DNA of 64,000 bases. It comes from an uncultured Pseudomonadota bacterium (GTDB taxonomy: Bacteria > Myxococcota_A > Polyangia > Fen-1088). Where the stretch lies: assembly GCA_963847705.1 (NCBI GenBank), contig CAWKBC010000030.1, forward strand, positions 480,001 through 544,000, written 5' to 3'. The position numbers were made by a program, and so were the translations under genes. Of the stretch, positions 8,091 to 18,519 are shown piece after piece (the stretch's first letter is position 1; each line of letters starts with the position of its first letter). Under the pieces are notes generated by a model. That model made no database searches. It worked only from the letters and a program-made list of their open reading frames with translations, and had not been told where the DNA came from.

Positions 8091-9545
8091 TTACGTCCGG
8101 ACTTCTGCTGGCTGCTCATCTGCCGCGCGCGTGGGCACGAGCGGCAGGTGCAGGATGAAGGTGGAGCCCTGCCCGAGCTCGGTCTTCACCGATACGGTTC
8201 CGCTGCTTGCCTGGGCGACCCGGTTGACGATCGACAGCCCGAGGCCGGTTCCTGGGAGGCTCTGCGTGCGCGACGCGCGATAGAACGGCTCGAACACGTG
8301 ACCCGCTTCCTCCGCCGCCATCCCCAGGCCATTGTCGGAGACCCGCAGCTCGTACGCGTCGTCGAGCGCTGTCCCGGAGATTTCGACCTCGGGCCCCACG
8401 TCGGGACGCCGGTACTTGACCGCGTTCTCGGTCAAGTTCGTCAGCGCCTGCCGGAGCAGCCCCTCGCTGCACGAGACGACCGCATGGTCGACCGCCACCC
8501 GAAGGTTCCCCCTTTCGCCCTTCACCCGGGCGGCGAAGTCCTGTTGAACCTGAACCGCGACCTCCGCGGGATCGCAAACTCCATTCACCTGGGTCTCGAC
8601 CCGCGCCAGCGTCAGGAGATCGTCGATCAACGTCTCCATCCTCTGCACGCCCCGCTGGAGCAGGTCCGCGGCCCGCGTCTCCTCGGGGACCTTCCGCGTC
8701 AGCTGCGTCGCAGCGACGTTGATGGCCATCAGCGGGTTTCGGATGTCGTGTGCGACTCTGCCCGCAAAGGCGTCGAGCTCGCGGTTTTGTTCTTCCAGGA
8801 TCTTGGCCTCCCGCGCTGTCTCCTCCTCCCGACGCCCGACCTGCCGCGCCGCCCAGCGCCAGGCGATCACGACGCCTGCCAGGGAGAGCACGCCCATCCC
8901 GAGGAGGGTCAGCATCAATCGCAGCTGGATGCTGGAGAATTGGGCCAGGGTCGCTGCGGCGCCCTGATCGTTGATGGAGATGAGCCTGTCGAACTGGGCT
9001 CCCACCGCCGCGAACTGTCCCGCCACGAGCTGCATCACCTGCCGCGCCTCGAAGTCCCGGTTCACCCGGGAGAGCGCCAGGGCACGTGCAATCGGGGCGT
9101 CGAGCGCCCGCAGGTCGGCGCGGGTCTCATCCCAGGCGGCGCGTTCGCCCGGCAGAGTGGCCCAGGGTTCGTAGCTCTGGGTGGTGACCGCGATCTGCCT
9201 GTCCAGCAGCGCCATTGTCGCCTCCAGCTTCGCCATCTCACCGAAATCCTTGGCGAGGATGTGCTCGTCGATCAGGGTCTGCTTCTTCTCCACCTCGTTC
9301 TCCAGCTGTCCCACCAGGCGGACGCTGGTCAGCACGGTGTCGGCGATCTCGTCGGTCCTCCTCTGGAGCGACCGTGCCTGGAGGACCGCGGACAGCGTGA
9401 TGATTGGCACCCAGGCGGTGACGAGGGCGAAGGCGACGGCCACGAACCGGCGGCTCGGACCTGTCGGTCCCGTCGGTCCTGTCAGCCCTGTGCCGGGCGC
9501 CCGCTTGGCGCCGCGTTTCGTGATTGCGCCGACATCTTTGTTCAT
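8091..9545 (-). CDS. Sensor histidine kinase with helical extracytoplasmic sensor domain
   Basis: Two TM segments; H-box VAHDIRNPL, N-box NLTENAVKY, DNGLG, GTGLGLSI; upstream of the receiver gene. Confidence 0.9.
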   Translation of the reverse strand: MNKDVGAITKRGAKRAPGTGLTGPTGPTGPSRRFVAVAFALVTAWVPIITLSAVLQARSLQRRTDEIADTVLTSVRLVGQLENEVEKKQTLIDEHILAKDFGEMAKLEATMALLDRQIAVTTQSYEPWATLPGERAAWDETRADLRALDAPIARALALSRVNRDFEARQVMQLVAGQFAAVGAQFDRLISINDQGAAATLAQFSSIQLRLMLTLLGMGVLSLAGVVIAWRWAARQVGRREEETAREAKILEEQNRELDAFAGRVAHDIRNPLMAINVAATQLTRKVPEETRAADLLQRGVQRMETLIDDLLTLARVETQVNGVCDPAEVAVQVQQDFAARVKGERGNLRVAVDHAVVSCSEGLLRQALTNLTENAVKYRRPDVGPEVEISGTALDDAYELRVSDNGLGMAAEEAGHVFEPFYRASRTQSLPGTGLGLSIVNRVAQASSGTVSVKTELGQGSTFILHLPLVPTRAADEQPAEVRT

Positions 9546-9773
9546 CCGTCGCCTCCCCCTGGTCACGTGGGCTTCAACCGTGAGTATGTGCACCGCCAAC
9601 ATCACGGTCGCTGTGAGCTCATGGGCAGGCGCACCTCGAAGTGTGTCCAGGCAGCTACACGACACCGGCGGGCGAAGATCGTTAGGAGATCGTTGGTTAA
9701 GATCATGGCCGAGCGGCTCCCGGTGCGACGTCACTTCGTCAGGTTCATGCTCAGCAGCGAGACCAGCCCAGCC

Positions 9774-10949
9774 ATGGTCAGAATCGGGCCCAGCGTCCGG
9801 CCCGTTTGGCCGGTCTCGCTCGTCTTGCTCAGCCTGGGTTGGTCCTGGGGAGCCGCGCTCGCCAGCGGCGGTCCGGCCACAGACGCCTATGACGACGTCA
9901 GCAAGACCACCGCCGTCGATCTGCATCTCTTCGGCGATCTGTATGCGCTGCGCAACTTCAACGACCCTGCCTCGCGCCTGAACCAGCTCAGAGAATTCGA
10001 CTTCAATTCGGACCAGGCCTCGCTGAGCTTCGCGAGGATCACGGTCGCGCATCGGCCCGAGCTCATCGGCTTCCGCCTCGACCTCGGCCTGGGTGACACC
10101 ACCCAGATTTACGAGCAGCAGGACCCGGCGGCCACGGCCCATCCCGAGCTGGCGCGCGCTCTCTCTCACCTCGAGCAGGCCTTCGTGACCGTGATGGTGC
10201 CGGTCAAACCCGGGATCGAAATCGACGTCGGCAGGTTCGGCACGCCGATGGGATTCGAAGACAACGAGAGCCTGTCGAACTGGCTCTACTCGCGCTCACT
10301 CCTTTACAGCTGGGCCGAGCCGTCGCTTCACACAGGGCTGCGCCTCTCATGCCGGGCCACCGACACGCTGGCGTTCTCCGCGTTCTGGGTCAACGGCTGG
10401 AACAGCATCGTCGTCGACGGAAACGACATGCGCACCGTTGCCGGCGCCGGATCGTGGGCGCCGGCCCCGGGGCTGGCGCTGATCGTGGTGGACATGGCCG
10501 GACCGGAGCATCCGCCCACCCAGCTGACCGGCGCGCTCTCCTTCCGCAACCTGCTCGCCGCGTACGTGACCTACGACGCAACGAAGCAGCTCTCTTTCGC
10601 GCTGGCCCTCGACCACGGGAACGACCGGGCGAACGGCGGTGTCGACTGGTGGGGGACGGCCGGCTACGCCCGGCTCCAGGCTCGTCCGTGGCTCGCCGCC
10701 GCGCTTCGCGCCGAGTATTTCGCCGATCCGAGCGGCTTCATGACCGGGACACCCCAGCGCGTCGGCGAAGTCACCACCACCCTCGAGGCCCAGCGGGTGA
10801 CCGAGCGGCTGCGGCTGGTGGCCCGGCTCGAGTACCGGCACGATCAGTCGAGCGCGTTCGTCTTCGACGGTGCGGAGCCAGACGTTCGGGAGAGCCGCCA
10901 GGACACCCTCACCTTGGCCCTGCTCGCCGCGTTTCGCTCGAGCGACTAG
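9774..10949 (+). CDS. Putative outer-membrane beta-barrel porin (BBP2/DUF1597-like)
   Basis: C-terminal part of ORF 8073..10949; signal peptide; LEQAFV, DVGRFGTPMGFE, NWLYSRSLL, NGWN, RLEYRHD motifs. Confidence 0.8.
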   Translation: MVRIGPSVRPVWPVSLVLLSLGWSWGAALASGGPATDAYDDVSKTTAVDLHLFGDLYALRNFNDPASRLNQLREFDFNSDQASLSFARITVAHRPELIGFRLDLGLGDTTQIYEQQDPAATAHPELARALSHLEQAFVTVMVPVKPGIEIDVGRFGTPMGFEDNESLSNWLYSRSLLYSWAEPSLHTGLRLSCRATDTLAFSAFWVNGWNSIVVDGNDMRTVAGAGSWAPAPGLALIVVDMAGPEHPPTQLTGALSFRNLLAAYVTYDATKQLSFALALDHGNDRANGGVDWWGTAGYARLQARPWLAAALRAEYFADPSGFMTGTPQRVGEVTTTLEAQRVTERLRLVARLEYRHDQSSAFVFDGAEPDVRESRQDTLTLALLAAFRSSD

Positions 10950-10973
10950 GAGGGCGCGCGGGGGAGCTCGCCG

Positions 10974-11756
10974 TCAGCGCGGGGGCGCCCTGTCAATCGC
11001 GGGCGCGGGCTGGACGCGCTTCGTCCCGTCCCAGGTCAACACCCGCGGTTGTTTCTCGCGCCCGACCGGCGTGTCGAGCAGGCCGGTGCAGGCCTGGCCG
11101 TTGCTGCCGTCGAACAGCTGGCAGCGCTGCTCGAAGAAGCCGGAGGCTGCGAAGTCCGCCGGGCTGGTGCAGGCGTCGTTCGCCGTCTTGTTGACGTCGA
11201 GGAGATTGCCCGGAGCTGCGTTGCGGTAGCAAAGCGAGACGAACTCCGAGCAGAACAGGCTGTCCGGCGTGGCGTGCGCGTCCTTGGGGTTGAGGGCCCG
11301 GCCCAGCATGATGCGCAGGCCGAGCTCGGCGAGTCTCAAGTACGCATACTTGACCCCGAGCAGCGTGAGCGCGGTGTCGAAGAGCTCGTCCTCGTCGAAG
11401 GGGCCCTCGCGCAGGTCGCGCCGGAGCGACCACCAGTCCACCTTGCCGCTGTACTTGCAGACCATGGTGCTCGCCGGCAGCACCTCGACGCCGCGCAGGT
11501 CGGCCTGGAAGGCGACGACGCGGTCGCGCCAGCGCGCCACGATCGCCACGTGGGAGTAGGGGGAGTCGGAGAGCCGCTCGATCACCCCCGACAGCAGGCG
11601 GTTGCCCCGGAACAGCAGCAGGTCCCCCGTCTTCATCTGTTCGCGCAGGTCCTGATAGCTCTTGCCCTCGTGCGGCCTGGGCGCGAGCGACACCTTCCAG
11701 CGCGGGTGATGCTCTCGCGGCGCGTGTCCGTCGGTGCCCGGGGCGTTGGCGTTCAC
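10974..11756 (-). CDS. Permuted papain-like amidase, YiiX/YaeF (NlpC/P60-related)
   Basis: TGDLLLFRG, YSHVAIV (His), LFCSEFV (Cys), SPADF; His precedes Cys. Confidence 0.85.
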   Translation of the reverse strand: MNANAPGTDGHAPREHHPRWKVSLAPRPHEGKSYQDLREQMKTGDLLLFRGNRLLSGVIERLSDSPYSHVAIVARWRDRVVAFQADLRGVEVLPASTMVCKYSGKVDWWSLRRDLREGPFDEDELFDTALTLLGVKYAYLRLAELGLRIMLGRALNPKDAHATPDSLFCSEFVSLCYRNAAPGNLLDVNKTANDACTSPADFAASGFFEQRCQLFDGSNGQACTGLLDTPVGREKQPRVLTWDGTKRVQPAPAIDRAPPR

Positions 11757-11838
11757 GGGCTCCGACGTTATCTCAACTCGGACCTGCCCGGGGAGGGCGC
11801 CCTTCGGGTGCCACCTCCTGGGGAATCGTCCGCTGCGC

Positions 11839-13185
11839 TCACAGTCGCAACGGGGGGCCGTAGAGCGTCGGCCGCCAGTTCGAGTAGCCGAAGCGCGACG
11901 AGAAGGTCTGCACCTCGTTCCAGCTCGCGTCGAGCTCGACGATCGTTCCGTCGGTCGTGTAGGTCACCAGGGTGTTGCCGCCTGGCAAACGCTGCACGTC
12001 CCCCATGATGGTGCTGGCGCCCGTGCCCGCGTAGTCCTCGACCACCGTGGCCGCGAACGAGCTCGCGGTGACGTTCAGCTGGAACTCGAAGATGTCGGCG
12101 TTCGTCCCGTAGCTGTTGTTGAACGCCAGGAAGGTCCAATCCTCCAGCAGATGGTGACCGTGAACGACCTGCCAGTCCTGCGGGACGCACATGTTGCCGG
12201 CGGGCGCCTGGTCGCACACCCCGCCCAGCTGCCATTGCACGGTCCCGGTCGCGCTCACCTTCACGAACACGCTCGGATTGCGATCCGCGATCGTGAAGCT
12301 GTCGTCGAACGGAAGATAGTGGATCGCGCAGGCGTGGTAGGTGTCCGAGAGGTAGAGGTTGCTCCCGATCGTGAAGGGGCTGCTGACCGTGCCGTTCGCC
12401 GCGCGAATCACCAGGTTGCTCGGCGGATCGACCCCCGCGACGCTCCAGACCAGCGCGGCGACCTTGCCCCCAGGCATCACCGTGAAATCGTGGTGCGCGT
12501 TCTCCAGTCCCGGGACGTTCTGCTGCGCTTCTTCCCCGTCCATCGAGACGTAGCGCATCTCCCCGCCGTCGTTGTCGAGGTTGAGCCCGACCATCCACAT
12601 GTTCTCCCCCTCGTAGTCCATCTGCGCGCGCGTGGTGTTCAGCGGGCCGTCGGCGTACCAGACGATCTCCCCGTCGGCGTCGACGATGAAGGCGCTGTCC
12701 GGCACGCTGATCCCCGAGCTGGTGACGATGAACCCAGGCTCCCGTTTGTCGGGTTGAGCCACCTGCACGGTGACGGGGCGGGCGTTCGGGAAGCTGCCCG
12801 TCGTGGGGAGGGTGTAGTCGGGGCTGGTGCAGGTCGCTCCATCACGGGTCGCCTCGATGTGGAACGCGTAGTCCTTGGACTGCTTGAGGCCGAGGAGCAG
12901 GGTTCGATAGTTGGTTTTGCTCAGGTCGACCGGCGCCTCGCCCCCCTGGTTCAGAAGTGAGCTCGGAGCGTTCTTCAGCTTGTAGACGATCTTGGCGCTG
13001 GACGGCGCGGCGCCCGTCGAGGACCACTCGACGATGCCGACCGTCGGGATCTGGGAGCTCACTTCGTTCGTGCTGACGGTGAACTCCAAACCGCTGCAGA
13101 CGCCCCCACCATCGCCGCAACCGGGTGAGGCGAGCAGAAGCAGAGGGACCACCAGGCCGATTGCAGCAACGTCGATGGCGGCCAT
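11839..13185 (-). CDS. Aryl-sulfate sulfotransferase (ASST)-like lipoprotein
   Basis: Lipobox SPGC; HHDF, WQLGG and GDVQRLPGGNTLVT motifs of ASST-like propellers. Confidence 0.7.
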   Translation of the reverse strand: MAAIDVAAIGLVVPLLLLASPGCGDGGGVCSGLEFTVSTNEVSSQIPTVGIVEWSSTGAAPSSAKIVYKLKNAPSSLLNQGGEAPVDLSKTNYRTLLLGLKQSKDYAFHIEATRDGATCTSPDYTLPTTGSFPNARPVTVQVAQPDKREPGFIVTSSGISVPDSAFIVDADGEIVWYADGPLNTTRAQMDYEGENMWMVGLNLDNDGGEMRYVSMDGEEAQQNVPGLENAHHDFTVMPGGKVAALVWSVAGVDPPSNLVIRAANGTVSSPFTIGSNLYLSDTYHACAIHYLPFDDSFTIADRNPSVFVKVSATGTVQWQLGGVCDQAPAGNMCVPQDWQVVHGHHLLEDWTFLAFNNSYGTNADIFEFQLNVTASSFAATVVEDYAGTGASTIMGDVQRLPGGNTLVTYTTDGTIVELDASWNEVQTFSSRFGYSNWRPTLYGPPLRL

Positions 13186-13404
13186 GGTCGAGACCCGGTG
13201 AGCGGAGAAGCCATCCTGCCAGGTTCGAGCAGCGTCCTTCCTCTCATTTGTGGCGGTGCGACGCGCCGGCGATCGCCGGTGGCGCAGCGGTGGCAGCGCG
13301 CGCTCCCGGGGGCCGCGGTCATGAACCCTTCGAGCGTTCGCATCCGCCGAGGCGCAGGGTCCGAGGGCCCGTCTGTTCCGTCCACCGCCTGCTCTCCTTG
13401 CCCT

Positions 13405-13433
13405 TTGACGCTGGCCCTCCGGGGCGCTATCTC
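13405..13433 (+). promoter_or_regulatory. Sigma70-type promoter of the OYE gene (leaderless geometry)
   Basis: TTGACG, 17 nt, TATCTC, then 6 nt to the ATG at 13440; no SD. Confidence 0.6.
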
Positions 13434-13439
13434 CCGCGG

Positions 13440-14501
13440 ATGCTCTTCGATCCGCTCACGCTGCGCGGGGTGACGTTTCGCAATCGCATCGGCGTCTCGC
13501 CGATGTGTCAATACTCCAGCGTCGACGGACTCGCCGACGATTGGCATCTGGTGCACCTGGGCAGTCGGGCCGTCGGCGGGGCAGGGCTGGTCCTCACCGA
13601 GGCGACCTCCGTCGAGGCCCGCGGTCGGATCAGCCCGCAGGATCTGGGGCTCTGGAACGACGCGCAGATCGAGCCGCTGGCCCGCGTGACGCGCTTCCTG
13701 CGCGCGCAGGGCGCAGCCTCCGGCGTCCAGCTGGCGCACGCCGGTCGCAAGGCCTCGACGGCGCGACCGTGGGAGGGGGGCAAGCCGCTCGCGCCCCCGG
13801 CGGGCTGGAGCCCCATCGTGGCACCCGCCGCGCTCGCGTTCGACGACGGGTACCAGACGCCCGCGGCGCTGGCGGTCGGCGAGATCGCGACGCTGGTCGA
13901 GGCCTTCTCCGCCGCCGCGGGGCGGGCGGCGCGCGCCGGCTTCGACGTCATCGAGATTCACGCGGCCCACGGCTATTTGATCCACGAGTTCCTCTCGCCG
14001 GTCTCCAACCGCCGCGACGACCAGTGGGGCGGCAGCTTCGACGGCCGGGTCCGGTTCTTGCTCGAGATCGTCCGGGCCGTTCGCCGCGTCTGGTCGGACG
14101 CGCGGCCGCTGCTGGTGCGTCTCTCCACCACCGACTGGTTGGGGGCGAACGGATGGACGGTCGAGGACTCCATCGCGCTCGCGCGTCGGCTGGGCGCCGA
14201 GGGGGTCGACCTGGTGGACTGTTCGTCCGGTGGCATCGCGCCCCGGGTGGCGATCGACGCCGGTCCCGGCTACCAGACGGCCAACGCCGCCCGCATCCGG
14301 GCCGAAGCGGCGCTCCCCACCGCCGCCATCGGCCTCATCACCACCGCGTCGCAAGCCGAGCACATCTTGCGCACGGGGCAGGCCGACATGGTCTTTCTTG
14401 CGCGCGAGCTTCTGCGGGATCCCTACTGGCCGCTGCGCGCGGCGCGCGAGCTGGGCGCCTCTGTCCCGTCGCCCGCGCAGTACGATCGCGCCTGGCGCTG
14501 A
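13440..14501 (+). CDS. namA: NADH:flavin oxidoreductase, Old Yellow Enzyme YqjM/NamA type
   Basis: SPMCQYS, QLAHAGRKAS, EIHAAHGYL, ARELLRDPYWP. Confidence 0.9.
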   Translation: MLFDPLTLRGVTFRNRIGVSPMCQYSSVDGLADDWHLVHLGSRAVGGAGLVLTEATSVEARGRISPQDLGLWNDAQIEPLARVTRFLRAQGAASGVQLAHAGRKASTARPWEGGKPLAPPAGWSPIVAPAALAFDDGYQTPAALAVGEIATLVEAFSAAAGRAARAGFDVIEIHAAHGYLIHEFLSPVSNRRDDQWGGSFDGRVRFLLEIVRAVRRVWSDARPLLVRLSTTDWLGANGWTVEDSIALARRLGAEGVDLVDCSSGGIAPRVAIDAGPGYQTANAARIRAEAALPTAAIGLITTASQAEHILRTGQADMVFLARELLRDPYWPLRAARELGASVPSPAQYDRAWR

Positions 14502-14567
14502 GCGTTCGATTGGTCGCCCGGGAGGCTGGGTTTAGAATCGCGGCCGGGCGTTCCAAGGAGAGGCAGC

Positions 14568-14837
14568 ATGCTATTCGCAGTGATCGGCAGCAGCGCGGGG
14601 AAGAGCCGCCAGGAGATCATGTCGGTCTATCCCCGGCACAAGGCGTTCCTCGACCAGTTCGTCGCGCGCGGCGAGGTGGCGGGGGTGGGCCCTTTCACCG
14701 ACCCCGGTGGCGGCAACATGGCCCTCTTCCGCAGCCGCGCGGCAGCCGAGGCGTTCGTCGAGGGAGACCCGTTCCTCCTGGAGGGCGTCGTGCAGGCGTA
14801 TCAGATCAAAGACTGGGGCGACCAGATGCTGGCGTAG
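14568..14837 (+). CDS. YciI family protein
   Basis: RBS GGAGAGG; RHKAFL, GPF and DPF motifs; 89 aa. Confidence 0.85.
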   Translation: MLFAVIGSSAGKSRQEIMSVYPRHKAFLDQFVARGEVAGVGPFTDPGGGNMALFRSRAAAEAFVEGDPFLLEGVVQAYQIKDWGDQMLA

Positions 14838-14928
14838 CGGGAGCGGACCGATCGTCGGCGGAGGTTGCCCCGGTCCGTGAGGCGGTCGGGGAGCCCGGCG
14901 CATGTACAATGGCCGCCGCCCGAGCTTC

Positions 14929-15375
14929 ATGTCCCTCGCCAGCATCGCCGCCGTCGCCTTCATCGGAACGATCTTTTGGGTCGCCAGCCCGGAGGCCGCC
15001 AGCGCGCTGGCCGGCGCGCAGCACCGGTGGTCGCCTCTGGCGATCGGGCTGGTCGCCGCGGGCGGGCAGTCCGTCGCGCTGGTGGGCCTCTATTTTTTCG
15101 GCGGCCAGCTCCGCCGCCACTGGCGCTGGTTCGACCGACAGTGCGCACGCGCGCGATCGCGTTCCCCCCTCGGCAACAGCCAGCGCTACGCAACCGGCGT
15201 CGTCGCGACGGCCAGCCTCCTCGGCTTCCCGCCCGTCTCGGTCACCGCCACGCTGCTCTCGGGCGTCGCGCCCCGCCCGCTGCCGTTGCTCCCTCTGATG
15301 CTGCTCCTGCGCCTGGTGCGGTTCATCGCCCTCGGCTGGGCGGGGTCACGTTTCGGGTGGCGGCTCCCCTGGTAG
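14929..15375 (+). CDS. Hypothetical membrane protein (VTT/DedA-like topology possible)
   Basis: Several hydrophobic segments; TACAAT upstream favours the ATG at 14929 over 14902. Confidence 0.6.
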   Translation: MSLASIAAVAFIGTIFWVASPEAASALAGAQHRWSPLAIGLVAAGGQSVALVGLYFFGGQLRRHWRWFDRQCARARSRSPLGNSQRYATGVVATASLLGFPPVSVTATLLSGVAPRPLPLLPLMLLLRLVRFIALGWAGSRFGWRLPW

Positions 15376-15460
15376 GGGCGGTTTTCCAGCGTTCCTCGCG
15401 GGGCGGCGGCGGCGCCGGAAAACCGAGCGTCACCACCGCGCGGTCGGGTAGAAGGGTCAG

Positions 15461-17107
15461 ATGAGCACGAAGGTCTCCGACCCTCCCGTGTTGCAGGTCG
15501 GCCGGCTGCAACGGTCCGTCGGCTTCTACGGGCTGATGATGGTCTCGCTGGGATCGATCATCGGATCGGGCTGGCTGCTGGGCGCGCTCAACGCCGCGGA
15601 GCGGGCCGGCCCGGCGTCGGTTCTGTCCTGGATCCTCGCGGCCGGGATGCTGTCGCTGCTCGCGCTGGTGTACGCAGAGCTGGGCGCGACCTATCCGGTG
15701 GCCGGCGGCGCCGCGCGGTTCCCCTATTACTCACACGGCTCGGTGGCCGGGTTCACGGCGGGATGGGCGTCCTGGCTGCAGGCCGTGTTCATCGCGCCGC
15801 TCGAAGTCCTGGCGGCGATCACCTACGTCAACAGCGTCGGCTGGGTCAACCAGCACTTCGGCATGATCTCCAAGGTTGGGGCGAACGCCGGCCTGCTGAA
15901 CGGCACCGGGCTTTGTGTCGCGATCGTCCTGATGGTGGCGTTCACCGCGATCAATCTGGCGGGCGCCAAGTTCCTCTCCGACAGCAACGTCATCGTCGTC
16001 ATCTGGAAGACAGCCGTGCCGGTGCTGGCGGTCGGCGTGGTGGCCGCGCTGCAGTTCAAGCCGTCGAACTTCCAGGCGGGGGGCGGGTTCATGCCGTTCG
16101 GCTTTCACGGCGTCTTCGCCGCGTTGACCGGCGGCGTCGTGTTCGGGCTGCAAGGTTTTGAACAGGCGGTCCATCTGGCCGGGGAGGCGCGCGACCCCAA
16201 GCGAGATCTGTCGCGCGCGATTCTGGCCGCCATGGCGATCGGGGCGGTGCTCTATGCGCTGTTGCAGATCGTCATGATTGGCGCGCTCGACCCCGCCCAC
16301 ATCGCCAAGGGCTGGTCGATGCCGCTCGGCAGCGATCCGTCTGATTACGGCGTCTGGTACACCCTGGCGCTGGCGCTGGGCGCGGGATGGCTCGCCAAGG
16401 TGCTGCTCATCGACGCGGTCATCTCACCGGCGGGCACGGGCGTGGTCTACCTCGGGACCACGGCCCGGCTCTCGTACGCCCTCGGCGAGGAGCCCGAGAT
16501 GCCGACCGCGCTGGCCACGACCAGGAAGGGCGTGCCGGTCGTCTCCATCGTCACGGCGGCTGTGGTCGGCCTGGCGGCGTTTGGGCCGTTCAAGAGCTGG
16601 AATGACCTGGTCAGCGTGGTGACCGCCGCGACGGCCATCATGTACGCCTTCGCTCCGCTGTCGCTGGCGGCGCTGCACAAGCTCGACGCGGGTCGGAGCC
16701 GGTCGTATCGGGTGCCGATGCCGAAGCTGGCGCTGCCTGCGGCCTTCTGCTCGGCCAACCTGATCATGTACTGGGGCGGGTTCGAGACGAACTGGAAGCT
16801 CGCGCTCGCCATGCTCGCCGGCCTCGCGCTCTTCGCGATCGGCGCCTGGCGGAGGCGCACCGCCGCCTGGCGCACGATCGGAAACGCAGTCTGGATGGGA
16901 CCGTGGCTGGGCGGCCACGTGGTCCTCGGATGGCTCGGGCGCTACGGCGGCGGCCGGAACATCCTTCCGAACTGGGTCGATGTCGGCGTGGTGATCGGCT
17001 TTTCGCTGGCGATCTTCCATTGGGCCACCGCGCTCAGGTTGAGCGGGGAAGAATCGGCCCTGGAGGTTGCCAAGGACGCGCGGCAGATCGACTACGAGGC
17101 GGCTTGA
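15461..17107 (+). CDS. APC family amino-acid permease
   Basis: GSIIGSGWL, YAELG, GFE...AGEARDP; many TM helices. Confidence 0.92.
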   Translation: MSTKVSDPPVLQVGRLQRSVGFYGLMMVSLGSIIGSGWLLGALNAAERAGPASVLSWILAAGMLSLLALVYAELGATYPVAGGAARFPYYSHGSVAGFTAGWASWLQAVFIAPLEVLAAITYVNSVGWVNQHFGMISKVGANAGLLNGTGLCVAIVLMVAFTAINLAGAKFLSDSNVIVVIWKTAVPVLAVGVVAALQFKPSNFQAGGGFMPFGFHGVFAALTGGVVFGLQGFEQAVHLAGEARDPKRDLSRAILAAMAIGAVLYALLQIVMIGALDPAHIAKGWSMPLGSDPSDYGVWYTLALALGAGWLAKVLLIDAVISPAGTGVVYLGTTARLSYALGEEPEMPTALATTRKGVPVVSIVTAAVVGLAAFGPFKSWNDLVSVVTAATAIMYAFAPLSLAALHKLDAGRSRSYRVPMPKLALPAAFCSANLIMYWGGFETNWKLALAMLAGLALFAIGAWRRRTAAWRTIGNAVWMGPWLGGHVVLGWLGRYGGGRNILPNWVDVGVVIGFSLAIFHWATALRLSGEESALEVAKDARQIDYEAA

Positions 17108-17309
17108 CCTTCGGCTCGGCCGCCGTCGATCTGGCGTCCGCGCGCGGCTGCCCCGTCCACTGAACGGTGATGCCGGAGACGAACTGGTTGATGTCCGCGC
17201 TGGCGAGATCCGTGGGCGAGGAAGCACCACCCAGAGAATGCCCGATTCTCCGGAATCTGAGCTGCGCTCGCCCCTGTTCGACCCGCTCGCGGCGCGTCTC
17301 CCTTTCTCT

Positions 17310-18257
17310 CTAAAATCGCAGCTCGAGCCCCAGCGCGCCGCGGGAAGCGTTGGCCGGGACCTGATAAATGGCAATCGAGTACTGATTGAAGAAGGTCCTC
17401 CGCCCGGTCGGGACGACGACCTCGGCTCGCCCGAAGACGGCGACCGCCGGAGAGATGCTCAATACGGCCATTGCCGAGCCGACCAGTGAGAACCAGTCGT
17501 GCGTGCGGTCCTGAAAGCCCGCGCCCGAGCCCCGCATGATGGCCAGCTCGCCGCCGGCGCAGGGGCCGATCTCGAACCGATCGCTGACGATGGTCGCGCA
17601 TCCGCGGGCCGAGACGTCGAACAGCAGGAAATCGGCCTGGTCAACGCCCGTCGCTGGCGTGCGCCGGTTCGGAAAGAAGCTCAAACCACCGAGCGCGCGG
17701 AGACGCCAGTCGGGGAACGTCCAGATTGGTCCGGCCGACGCTTCCATGCCGCCCGCGGGCGAGTCGGGCATGGTGCCCCAGTCGAGGAGCCCGTTCAGCA
17801 TCACCACGAACGTCGCAGGCGGGGGCTCGATGGCGGATGCGAGAGGAGGTTTCTCTGGGGCCGGCGCCGTCGCGGTGGCGGGCGGGGTGTCGGGTCCCCC
17901 CTCCACCCAGAGGGTGATGATGAGCGCGGCGGCCGAGGCGATCGCCTCGCAGCTCTCCGCCTCGAACCGGCGCTCCGCCCGCGTGTAACCCGCCTGGAAC
18001 AACAAGCTGGCCTGCCAGCGCCCGGCGGTTGGTCCGCGCACGCTCACCATCGCCACGACGGGGACCAGCACAGTCCCCGACCGCGCCAGGTTTTCTTCCA
18101 CCTTGGCCTCGACACGCTCCGCGCTCGGACACCCCGCCGGCGCCTGCCAGAGCACCATGATCGCCTTCGACTGCGCCGCCGCGAGGCGTGCGCTGCCGAC
18201 CGCCATCACCGCCGCCACCAGCGCCACGGTCCGCGATGCGATCGCCGGTCTCCTCAC
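17310..18257 (-). CDS. Hypothetical secreted/outer-membrane protein
   Basis: Signal-like N-terminus, PAGCP...ESCEA domain, Pro linker, beta-rich C-terminus ending ELRF; start uncertain. Confidence 0.65.
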   Translation of the reverse strand: MRRPAIASRTVALVAAVMAVGSARLAAAQSKAIMVLWQAPAGCPSAERVEAKVEENLARSGTVLVPVVAMVSVRGPTAGRWQASLLFQAGYTRAERRFEAESCEAIASAAALIITLWVEGGPDTPPATATAPAPEKPPLASAIEPPPATFVVMLNGLLDWGTMPDSPAGGMEASAGPIWTFPDWRLRALGGLSFFPNRRTPATGVDQADFLLFDVSARGCATIVSDRFEIGPCAGGELAIMRGSGAGFQDRTHDWFSLVGSAMAVLSISPAVAVFGRAEVVVPTGRRTFFNQYSIAIYQVPANASRGALGLELRF

Positions 18258-18519
18258 GGTCCCCCGAACATAACGCAACTCGACAGCCGGATCGCCGTCC
18301 CGGGCGCTCTCAGCGCCCAGGAGGGCGTCGCCGAAAGGCGACGGTGAGCGAAGCGAACCATGCCCGACGACGTGCCGCCCGGTAGGCGGCCTCAGGCGGT
18401 CCAAGGCGGCCTGGCGGGTTTTGCCTGCTTCGTATCCCGCCTTGCGCCTGCTTCCAGCCTGGACCTTGTCCGGCGACCGGCGGACTTCAGGTTGAAGCTC
18501 GCTGCGCTCGGGGAGGTTC

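Noticed and set aside
8073-10949. 958-aa ORF as one protein
   Set aside because: The first ~565 codons are the antisense shadow of the histidine kinase; only the part from 9774 has a signal peptide and porin motifs.
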